From positions 34,070 to 98,069 of the forward strand of contig JAFTXE010000105.1 of assembly GCA_017461745.1 (NCBI GenBank): a stretch of 64,000 nucleotides of DNA, written 5' to 3'. Positions 9,130 to 17,576 of this stretch are shown here, one piece after another. Made by a program: the position numbers and the translations under genes. Origin of the DNA: Clostridia bacterium. Lineage in GTDB: Bacteria > Bacillota > Clostridia > Oscillospirales > CAG-272. Numbering within the stretch: the stretch's first letter is position 1; each line of letters begins with the position of its first letter. The notes under the pieces were generated by a model. That model was not told the DNA's origin, made no database searches, and saw nothing but the letters and a program-made list of their open reading frames with translations.

Positions 9130-10284
9130 ATGAAACACGACGACAAGCAAAAACTGTTTATATACGAGCGTGGCGTATCAATTATGCGTAAAGCCACTAC
9201 TAAGCAGGAATATCTTGAAGCAGTAGCGTATTTTGGACAGATCCCCGATTTTAACGATAGCTCAGAACTTATGACACAGTGCCTTGAGCTGTCAAAAAAC
9301 GCTGAAAAGAACGAGATATATGACAGAGCTATAGACGCAATGCGCGGCGACAGCGAGGAGGATTATAGAAGAGCGTTAGGATTGTTTTGCAGTATTGCGG
9401 ATTGGCGTGATTCCGAGTCAAAGGCTCAGCTTTGCCGTAATAGAATACAGGCGCGAATAAATCAACGTGCAAAAAAGAAGAAAATAAAAATAATTGTAGT
9501 CACCTCAATTATATCCGCAATTTTGTTGAGCGCTATTATTACTACCGTTGTGGTGGATACGGTACTTAAAAGCAAATATAACAGTGCCGAAAGAAGCTTT
9601 AAAAACGGTAAATACGCTAAAGCATATGAGCTTTATGAGGAGCTTGACGGATATAAGGATTCTATTGAAAAAATCGAGGAAATAGAGAACGAATGCAAGA
9701 AACTTGCTAAAGATATGGCGGCTAAAGGTGAATACGGCGAAGCGTACGAGCTTATGACTTCCGTTGGAATGACTGCCAAAGATTATCCGATTATAAATGC
9801 GTATAAATACGCAATGAATAAGGAATACAAAAATGCGGTAAAGGCTGGACTTACGGAAATAATAATTCCTGCGGGAGTTACTTCCATAAGTAGCGATGAA
9901 TTTCGTGATTGTCAGGAGCTTAAACGTATAACCTTCCCCTCAACACTTGAGATCATAGGAGCTAACGCATTTTACGGATGTACATCTCTTCAAGCCGTTG
10001 TATTTTCCGAAAAATGCGCATTAAAGAGCATTGGCGCTAACGCATTTAAAAATTGTTCGGCACTGCAAGATATAACTATTCCTATAAACGTAACTACGAT
10101 AGGAAAAGGCGCGTTTGCCGATTGTGGTGGATTGAAAAAGATATATTTTGAATTTACTGGAAATTGGGGAATTACCGTTGAAGGAGAGAAGATAAGATTT
10201 GATTCCTCCGAAATGGCAGACCCTACGACCGCCGCTGTAGCCGTGCTTATGGTCAACGAGGAGTTTGCGCTGTCAAGAAAATAA
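9130..10284 (+). CDS. membrane-anchored protein with C-terminal BspA-type leucine-rich repeats
   Basis: 384 aa. Lys-rich stop-transfer plus TM segment (KKKKIKIIVVTSIISAILLSAIITTVVV). C-terminal repeats IPAGVTSISSDEFRDCQELKRITFP / IGANAFYGCTSLQAVVF / IGANAFKNCSALQDITIP / IGKGAFADCGGLKKIYF. Confidence 0.75.
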   Translation: MKHDDKQKLFIYERGVSIMRKATTKQEYLEAVAYFGQIPDFNDSSELMTQCLELSKNAEKNEIYDRAIDAMRGDSEEDYRRALGLFCSIADWRDSESKAQLCRNRIQARINQRAKKKKIKIIVVTSIISAILLSAIITTVVVDTVLKSKYNSAERSFKNGKYAKAYELYEELDGYKDSIEKIEEIENECKKLAKDMAAKGEYGEAYELMTSVGMTAKDYPIINAYKYAMNKEYKNAVKAGLTEIIIPAGVTSISSDEFRDCQELKRITFPSTLEIIGANAFYGCTSLQAVVFSEKCALKSIGANAFKNCSALQDITIPINVTTIGKGAFADCGGLKKIYFEFTGNWGITVEGEKIRFDSSEMADPTTAAVAVLMVNEEFALSRK

Positions 10285-10291
10285 ATTAGAA

Positions 10292-10306
10292 AATTTTCAA
10301 AAAACT
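10292..10306. promoter_or_regulatory. candidate CodY box abutting the ilvA promoter -35
   Basis: AATTTTCAAAAAACT matches the AATTTTCWGAAAATT consensus at 13 of 15 positions. It ends 2 nt before the TTGACA at 10308-10313. Confidence 0.4.
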
Positions 10307-10339
10307 CTTGACAACGTCGAAAAAAAGGAGTATTATATT

Positions 10340-10600
10340 AATACTGCGTAGATAAGGAGCAGCTTTGATTGTGAATTTCAGAGAGTCGTTGGTCGGTGCG
10401 AAACGGCATTCGCTTCATTTGCTAAATCACCTTTGAGCTTGCTGTCGAAAGGCTTCGGCTTAGTAGAACAGTGCGTATTCCTGCGTTAAAGGGCGGTGTA
10501 TTTTAACAGTACATTACGAGTGGTCGAAAGACAAAAAGAGTGGTACCGCGAAAGTATTTTTTACCTTCGTCTCTTTGTGTAAGAAAGAGGCGAAGGTTTA
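10340..10600 (+). promoter_or_regulatory. T-box leader, specifier probably AUC (Ile)
   Basis: Promoter TTGACA (10308-10313), 17 nt, TATTAT. AGAGAG box and GGTGCGAAA distal loop at about 10379-10403. Specifier-loop TAA-ATC-A with ATC at 10426-10428. T-box sequence AGAGTGGTACCGCGAAAG at about 10537-10554. A 14-bp terminator lies at 10563-10597, followed by a T-tract. Confidence 0.88.
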
Positions 10601-10632
10601 TTTATTTTATTTCAGAATGTGAGGAAAATCAA

Positions 10633-11826
10633 ATGTTGACACTTGATAAGGTTTACCATGCGGCGTTTGTGCTAAAAGACGTAGTGAGAGAAACGTCTCT
10701 CATACCTTCGCCTAAGATAAGCAAAACGAATAACGTATTTTTAAAAACCGAAAATCTTCAGGTTACGGGTTCTTTTAAGGTCAGAGGTGCGGGATATATG
10801 ATATCTCAGCTTACCGAGGAGGAAAAGCAGAGAGGTGTTATCGCTTGTTCCGCGGGCAATCACGCGCAGGGCGTTGCGCTTGCGGCGGCAAAGTACGGTA
10901 TAAAATCCGTAATATGCTTGCCCGACGGCGCGCCTATGTCCAAGGTCGAGGCAACTAAGAGCTACGGCGCAGAGGTCGTAATGGTCAAAGGAGTTTACGA
11001 CGACGCATATAAGCGCGCGCTTGAGCTTCGCGACGAAATGGGATATACCTTCGTTCACCCCTTTGATGACGATAACGTTATCGCGGGTCAGGGAACTATC
11101 GGTCTTGAAATACTTAACAATATGAAGGATATAGACGCCGTAGTCGTTCCGATAGGAGGCGGCGGACTTATATCGGGTATAGCATACGTTATCAAGCACT
11201 TGAATCCTAACGTGAAGGTGTACGGTGTTCAGGCGGCGGGCGCTCCGAGTATGTTCAACTCGGTCAAGGACGGAAAAATTGAAAGACTTGATTCCGTATC
11301 CACGATAGCAGACGGTATTGCAGTCAAGGAGCCGGGAGCTAACACGTTTAAGCTTTGCTCCGAGTACGTTGACGATATAGTAACCGTTACCGAGGGCGAG
11401 ATATCATCTGCGATATTGGCGCTTATAGAACAGCATAAGATGATAGCTGAGGGCGCAGGCGCGGTTGCGGTTGCCGCAGTCATGTTCGATAAGCTTCCTA
11501 TCAAGGATAAAAACGTCGTGTGCGTTGTATCGGGCGGTAATATTGACGTTACTATTCTCTCAAGAGTTATTGAGCGCGGCTTGCTTACGTCGGGAAGAAC
11601 CTGCAATCTCTGCATAGAGCTTATGGATAAGCCGGGACAGCTCCAGCTTGTTTCTTCGATTATTGCGTCCCTTGGCGGAAACGTTATATCAGTACATCAC
11701 GAAAGAGCGAGTGAAACGATGGATATCAACGGCTGTTATCTCCGAATAGTTCTTGAAACCAAGAATTACGAGCACATAGACAGCATTACCTCGGCGCTCA
11801 CAGCCGCAGGCTTCAGACTTGTATAA
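10633..11826 (+). CDS. ilvA: threonine ammonia-lyase (biosynthetic threonine dehydratase)
   Basis: PLP-lysine motif GSFKVRGA, GGGGLISG glycine loop, C-terminal ACT-like domain. The start is set at ATG 10633 after GAGGAAAA. The track ORF start at 10540 runs through the T-box terminator. Confidence 0.92.
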   Translation: MLTLDKVYHAAFVLKDVVRETSLIPSPKISKTNNVFLKTENLQVTGSFKVRGAGYMISQLTEEEKQRGVIACSAGNHAQGVALAAAKYGIKSVICLPDGAPMSKVEATKSYGAEVVMVKGVYDDAYKRALELRDEMGYTFVHPFDDDNVIAGQGTIGLEILNNMKDIDAVVVPIGGGGLISGIAYVIKHLNPNVKVYGVQAAGAPSMFNSVKDGKIERLDSVSTIADGIAVKEPGANTFKLCSEYVDDIVTVTEGEISSAILALIEQHKMIAEGAGAVAVAAVMFDKLPIKDKNVVCVVSGGNIDVTILSRVIERGLLTSGRTCNLCIELMDKPGQLQLVSSIIASLGGNVISVHHERASETMDINGCYLRIVLETKNYEHIDSITSALTAAGFRLV

Positions 11827-11845
11827 ATCAAAAGGAGAAAAAATT

Positions 11846-12217
11846 ATGGAAAAGGTATATACTAAAAACGCACCAGATGCGATAGGTCCTTACTCTCAGG
11901 CAGTAAAGGTAGGCGGACTTGTGTTCACCTCGGGACAGATAGCAATTAATCCCGCAACGGCAAGCGTTGAGGCTCAGACTATCGAAGAACAGACCGAGCA
12001 AGTCTGTAAAAATCTTTGCGCCGTTCTTGAAGCGGCGGGAACTTCTATTGATAAGGCGGTAAAAACCGTGTGCTTCCTTGCAGATATGGCAGATTTTGCA
12101 AAGTTTAATGAGGTTTACGGAAAATATTTCACGTCGAAGCCCGCGCGTTCATGCGTAGGCGCAAAGCAATTGCCCAAGAACGTTCTCGTTGAGGTAGAGG
12201 TAATTGCCGAAATATAA
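11846..12217 (+). CDS. ridA: RidA family reactive enamine/imine deaminase
   Basis: MEKVYTKNAPDAIGPYSQAVKVGGLVFTSGQI... is a typical YjgF/RidA sequence. SD AAAGGAGAAAAA. It lies directly downstream of ilvA. Confidence 0.9.
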   Translation: MEKVYTKNAPDAIGPYSQAVKVGGLVFTSGQIAINPATASVEAQTIEEQTEQVCKNLCAVLEAAGTSIDKAVKTVCFLADMADFAKFNEVYGKYFTSKPARSCVGAKQLPKNVLVEVEVIAEI

Positions 12218-12339
12218 GCCTGTTGTTGTAATGGTGCTTCAAAAATAATTAAAATGTCATATAAAATTGTGTAAAATTAATCAAAATGCAAAACATTTTG
12301 CAATTCTATTGACAAAAGTCGAATTTCATGGTAAAATTA

Positions 12340-12634
12340 CTCCATAAATTTTAATTATAATAATGTGGCGTTTGAAGGGAATCAGTAGTTTGCAAAGCAT
12401 TTCCAGAAAGTCGGTGGGTGATGCGAACCGATAATGTTAGCTTATGAATCTCCTCCCCCAGCCTCCGCTTGAAGGTCAGGTTTGATTGCGTAGACGCGGA
12501 CGGGTTGTTTCCGTTATCATGAACAGCTTCACTGTAAGGTGAGGGCAGAGTGGCATTATTGCAATAAGAGTGGTACCGCAGAGAGTTTCTTGACCTTTGT
12601 CTCTTAGAAATTTAAGAGATAAAGGTCATTTTTG
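12340..12634 (+). promoter_or_regulatory. T-box leader (specifier ambiguous: AUC/CUC overlap)
   Basis: Promoter TTGACA (12309-12314), 17 nt, TAAAAT. GA/K-turn TGAAGGGAATCAGTA. AGAAAG box plus GGTGATGCGAA distal loop. T-box AAGAGTGGTACCGCAGAG at 12566-12583. A 15-bp terminator lies at 12592-12626, followed by TTTTT. Confidence 0.85.
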
Positions 12635-12661
12635 ATAAAATTTAAAAATTAAGGAGAAAAC

Positions 12662-14320
12662 ATGATTTTAAACGGTTCTGAAATTCTTGTAAATGTTCTG
12701 TTAGAGCAGGGTGTTGATACCGTATTCGGTTACCCGGGCGGAGCAGTTCTTAACATTTACGATGCGCTGTATAAGAACAGCGATAAAATACGTCATATAA
12801 TGACTGCGCATGAGCAAGGCGCTTCTCATGCGGCAGACGGTTATGCGAGAGCAACGGGAAAAACGGGAGTTGTTATCGCTACCAGCGGTCCTGGCGCTAC
12901 TAATCTTGTTACGGGTATTGCGACTGCTTATATGGACAGCGTTCCTATGGTTGCGATAACGGGTAACGTTTCCACTCCTCTTATCGGTTGCGATAGCTTC
13001 CAGGAGGTATATATTGCAGGTATCACGATGCCCATTACCAAGCATAACTTCGTCGTAAGAAAGGTCGAAGACCTTGCGGATACACTTCGCGCGGCGTTCA
13101 AGATAGCGGCAAGCGGCAGACCCGGTCCTGTCCTTGTGGATATCCCCAAGGACGTTACTGCGAATAAGACTACGTATACTCCCGTAACTTGCGCGGAGGA
13201 TAAGGCTGACGATACTATCGACGGAGACATCATTGAGATAGCCGAGCTTATCAACAGAGCGGAGCGCCCCTTCATTTACTTTGGCGGCGGTGTCGGAATT
13301 TCCTGTGCGTCGGACGAGCTTCGCGAGCTTGTCGAAAAGGCGGATATTCCCGCGGCGTACACGCTTATGGCAGCAGGGGTGCTTGGGTACGGCGAGAAAA
13401 ACAATCTCGGACTTATGGGAATGCACGGCTGCTACTCGGCTAACTGCGCGGCAAACAGAGCCGACGTTATGATTGCAATAGGAACGAGATTCAGCGACAG
13501 AGTTGCGCTCAATACTGAAAAATTCGGTCATAACGCTAAGATAGTTCATATAGATATCGACCCGGGCGAGATAGGCAAGAATATCATTGCCGATTATAGC
13601 GTAGTTGGCGACGTTAAAGCCGTACTTACCGAGCTTCTCAAGCATATAAAGCCCGCAAAGCATGATGCATGGTCTGAGCAGATAAGCAAATGGAAGCTTG
13701 ATGACTATATTCCCGAGGACAGTGATACCGAGCTTAAGCCACATTACGTTATAGGCAAGGCTTGCGAGATAGCAGGTGAGGACGCAGTTTACGTAACCGA
13801 CGTCGGACAGCATCAGATGTGGGCAGCTCAGTACATAAAGCACGTACATCCCCGTAATTTCCTTACAAGCGGCGGCTTGGGTACGATGGGCTACGGCTAC
13901 GGCGCGGCACTCGGTGCTAAGACCGCCCGTCCCGACGTTCCTGTAATTCATTTCACGAGTGACGGCTCGCTTCATATGAACATGAATGAGCTTTGTACCG
14001 CAGTAAGCTATAAAATCCCCGTAATTACGGTTATACTCAATAACGCCGTTCTCGGTATGGTAAGACAGTGGCAGGGCGTATTCTACGGACAGAGATATTC
14101 TTCCAGTGAGCCTGAGCGTGTAACCGATTACGTAAAGGTTGCTCAAGCCTTTGGCGGTCGAGGATATCATTGCGAGACCCCGGCTGAGTTTGAAGAAGCA
14201 ATGAAGCAAGCTATGAAGGCTGACGGACCCGTATGGATAGAATGCGTTATCGACCGCGAGGAAAAGGTTCTTCCCATGATTCCCGCAGGCGGAACGGTTC
14301 ACGATACCATATTCAAATAA
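12662..14320 (+). CDS. ilvB: acetolactate synthase large subunit (ThDP-dependent)
   Basis: 552 aa. Family-typical N-terminus GSEILVNVLLEQGVDTVFGYPGGAVL and ThDP motif GGLGTMGYGYGAALGA...DGS...N. Confidence 0.95.
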   Translation: MILNGSEILVNVLLEQGVDTVFGYPGGAVLNIYDALYKNSDKIRHIMTAHEQGASHAADGYARATGKTGVVIATSGPGATNLVTGIATAYMDSVPMVAITGNVSTPLIGCDSFQEVYIAGITMPITKHNFVVRKVEDLADTLRAAFKIAASGRPGPVLVDIPKDVTANKTTYTPVTCAEDKADDTIDGDIIEIAELINRAERPFIYFGGGVGISCASDELRELVEKADIPAAYTLMAAGVLGYGEKNNLGLMGMHGCYSANCAANRADVMIAIGTRFSDRVALNTEKFGHNAKIVHIDIDPGEIGKNIIADYSVVGDVKAVLTELLKHIKPAKHDAWSEQISKWKLDDYIPEDSDTELKPHYVIGKACEIAGEDAVYVTDVGQHQMWAAQYIKHVHPRNFLTSGGLGTMGYGYGAALGAKTARPDVPVIHFTSDGSLHMNMNELCTAVSYKIPVITVILNNAVLGMVRQWQGVFYGQRYSSSEPERVTDYVKVAQAFGGRGYHCETPAEFEEAMKQAMKADGPVWIECVIDREEKVLPMIPAGGTVHDTIFK

Positions 14321-14332
14321 GGAGGAAATGCA

Positions 14333-14830
14333 ATGAAAAAACAGTGTATGGTGCTTCTCGTTGAAAATAATGCGGGCGTACTTGCAAGAATAAGCTCGCT
14401 TTTTATGCAGAGAGGCTTTAACATCGATTCTCTTACGGTTTCCTCTACAGAAAACCCGAAAATCTCAAGAATTACTATCATGACCACGGGTGACCAGAAG
14501 AATTTCAGTCAAATCATGAAGCAGACGGGCAAGCTCGTTGAAACAAAAATGATATTTTCCGTTGAGCCTACTTTCAGTCTTATTCAGGAGCTTCTTCTTG
14601 TAAAGCTCTCAACCGATAAGGCTGACGTTGAAGCTCTTAAAAATATCATAAAGAGCTTTGGCGCAAATGCCGTTGATATTACCTCAGGCTGTCTTATAGC
14701 GGAGCTTGCGGCGTCATCTCAGAAGATTGACGATTTCCTTGAGGCTATTTCGGGCTTTAAGATGCTTGAAATGTGTCGTTCGGGCGCTATCGCCATGGAA
14801 CGCGGCGACGTTTTTTATGAATTGAATTAA
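14333..14830 (+). CDS. ilvN: acetolactate synthase small (regulatory) subunit
   Basis: 165 aa with an ACT domain (LVENNAGVLARISSLFMQRGFNIDSLTV). It lies immediately after ilvB. Confidence 0.92.
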   Translation: MKKQCMVLLVENNAGVLARISSLFMQRGFNIDSLTVSSTENPKISRITIMTTGDQKNFSQIMKQTGKLVETKMIFSVEPTFSLIQELLLVKLSTDKADVEALKNIIKSFGANAVDITSGCLIAELAASSQKIDDFLEAISGFKMLEMCRSGAIAMERGDVFYELN

Positions 14831-14869
14831 CCGTTTTTGCGGCTATTTTAAATAATTTACTATTTATAA

Positions 14870-15895
<1,026 letters not shown>

Positions 15896-15907
15896 TTATC
15901 GCTTTAA

Positions 15908-15940
15908 TTTCGGGAAACTCCCAAAAGGAGTTTCCCGAAA
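15908..15940 (+). terminator. strong hairpin without U-tract after ilvC (possible attenuator or processing/stability element)
   Basis: A 14-bp perfect stem TTTCGGGAAACTCC / GGAGTTTCCCGAAA with a CAAAA loop. It is followed by CAAAAAAG rather than Ts. Confidence 0.35.
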
Positions 15941-15966
15941 CAAAAAAGATCTTGGAGGATAAAGAG

Positions 15967-16770
15967 ATGCTGCTTGCCGTTGAAATAGATAATTCACGGA
16001 TAAATTTCGGCTTGTTTGACCAACATACCGAGGAATTGATACAGCGCTTTGAGATTACGACCGATATCAGAAAAACCTCCGACGAATACGCGGTCACAGT
16101 TGCCGCAATTATAAAATATTACGGTATTGATGAAAAAAAAGTATACGGAGCGGTTATCGCATCCGTTGTACCTCAGCTTACCGATACGGTAAAACAAGCT
16201 ATCACGAAGCTTTTTGGAAGTATTCAGACCGTGATGGTAGGAAAAGGAATCAAAACAGGATTTCCCATAAAGGTAGATAATCCCTCGGAGCTTGGCACGG
16301 ATCTCGTTGCAAATGCCGCGGCGGTTATTGATATTTTGAATAAAGAAAATATAAGCAAGTGTCCATGCGTAATAATAGACATGGGCACGGCAACCACAAT
16401 ATTTGCCGTTAATTCAAACGGGGAGTATATAGGTGGAAGTATCATGGCAGGAGTTGGAATGTCCTTGGAGGCGCTTCATGGAAAGACTGCCTTGCTTCCA
16501 AACGTAAGTTTGGCGGCGACGGTTCGCGCTATAGGAAAAAACTCTCAGGAATCCGTCCGTTCGGGCGTCGTTCTCGGCAATGCTTTTATGCTTGACGGAT
16601 TTATAAATAAAATTGCTGATGAAATGAAGTGTGGAGACAGCGTTGAAGTTTTTGCTACGGGTGAGTATGCGGAGGAAATTATAGGCTACTGCACACATAA
16701 AATACGCTACGTTAAGGATCTTACGCTTAACGGCTTGCTTTGCATATATAAAAATAATATTAAAGCTTGA
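15967..16770 (+). CDS. coaX: type III pantothenate kinase
   Basis: MLLAVEIDNSRINFGLF N-terminus (ASKHA fold, CoaX-like), ~267 aa. I preferred the ATG at 15967 after GGAGGA over the TTG at 15952. Confidence 0.85.
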   Translation: MLLAVEIDNSRINFGLFDQHTEELIQRFEITTDIRKTSDEYAVTVAAIIKYYGIDEKKVYGAVIASVVPQLTDTVKQAITKLFGSIQTVMVGKGIKTGFPIKVDNPSELGTDLVANAAAVIDILNKENISKCPCVIIDMGTATTIFAVNSNGEYIGGSIMAGVGMSLEALHGKTALLPNVSLAATVRAIGKNSQESVRSGVVLGNAFMLDGFINKIADEMKCGDSVEVFATGEYAEEIIGYCTHKIRYVKDLTLNGLLCIYKNNIKA

Positions 16771-16939
16771 TAATAACGGCTATGTCGATTATTATAAATT
16801 TTTACCGCACTGTACCGCAAATGCGGACGGTAGCCATGGGTGAGAGTCCCGGAAAGGAACATATCATGTTCAACAATATTTTTGTAGCCTCAGCGCAGAC
16901 GGTACATATGACCGTACTTGGCAGTAAGGAGGCGGTAAG
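16767..16939 (+). promoter_or_regulatory. promoter plus ~140-nt unassigned structured leader
   Basis: TTGATA (16767-16772), 17 nt, TATTAT (16790-16795). The leader carries six TACCG/CGGTA-type complementary blocks. One of them (GCGGTAA, 16932-16938) overlaps the 3' end of the SD. I recognised no known riboswitch signature. Confidence 0.35.
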
Positions 16940-17551
16940 ATGAGAAGAGCGGCAAATCAGAAGATTCTCTACATGGTGGAGATGGCAATGCTGACGGCAC
17001 TCGTAATCGTGCTTCAGATATTTGGAGGAATGATAAAGATTCCTTTTCTTCCGTTTTCCTTTTCACTCGTCCTTATTCCTATCGTGATCGGTTCTATTGT
17101 TTTAGGATATAAGCATGGAACGGCGTTGGGAATTGTGTTCGGTATCGTAGTAGTTGTTCAGTGCGCTATGGGTATAGACGCAGGTGGATTTATTCTTTGG
17201 GGAATCAATCCGTTTCTGACTGCGCTTATTTGTCTTGTAAAGGGCGCGGCTGCGGGATTTGTTCCGGGAGTTATCTATAGAGCGATAACTAAAAATAACA
17301 AAACCGCAGGCAAAGAAATACTCGCGTCCGTTTTGGCGGCAGCATCTGCTCCTATTGCAAATACCGGACTGTTCTTGATAGGTCTTTCATTATTCTTCAA
17401 CAGTACCCTTGTTGCGTGGGCAGACGGTACTGACGTAATGCTGTACGTGATCACAGGTCTTGTCGGAATCAACTTTGTGGTTGAGCTTGTAATCAACCTA
17501 ATTCTTGCTCCCGTTATATCAAGACTTGTCAACATATTAAATAAAAAATAA
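16940..17551 (+). CDS. ECF transporter S component (substrate unknown; pantothenate is a context-based guess)
   Basis: 203 aa with 6 TM segments. S-component-like N-terminal pattern (MAMLTALVIVLQIFGGMIKIPFLPFSFSLVLIPIVIG). It is adjacent to coaX, and only 25 nt separate it from ilvD. Confidence 0.7.
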   Translation: MRRAANQKILYMVEMAMLTALVIVLQIFGGMIKIPFLPFSFSLVLIPIVIGSIVLGYKHGTALGIVFGIVVVVQCAMGIDAGGFILWGINPFLTALICLVKGAAAGFVPGVIYRAITKNNKTAGKEILASVLAAASAPIANTGLFLIGLSLFFNSTLVAWADGTDVMLYVITGLVGINFVVELVINLILAPVISRLVNILNKK

Positions 17552-17576
17552 TTTCACTTAAAGGAAGGTAATTGTT

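Noticed and set aside
10540-10632. N-terminal extension of the ilvA ORF. Analogous upstream starts occur at 41025, 44578, 45053, 52742, 47858 and 48932.
   Set aside because: The extensions run through T-box or terminator structures, or overlap the preceding gene. Downstream ATGs with proper SD spacing fit the protein-family N-termini.
12287-12302. Perfect 7+2+7 palindrome TGCAAAA-CA-TTTTGCA just upstream of the ilvB -35
   Set aside because: It matches no regulator consensus I know; the best CodY match nearby is only 10/15. A palindrome in AT-rich DNA could arise by chance. It is noted only as a possible operator.
12701-14302. 533-aa minus-strand ORF antisense to ilvB
   Set aside because: It is a shadow ORF opposite a full-length acetolactate synthase. 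Its composition (R/S/C/N-rich) is non-protein-like.
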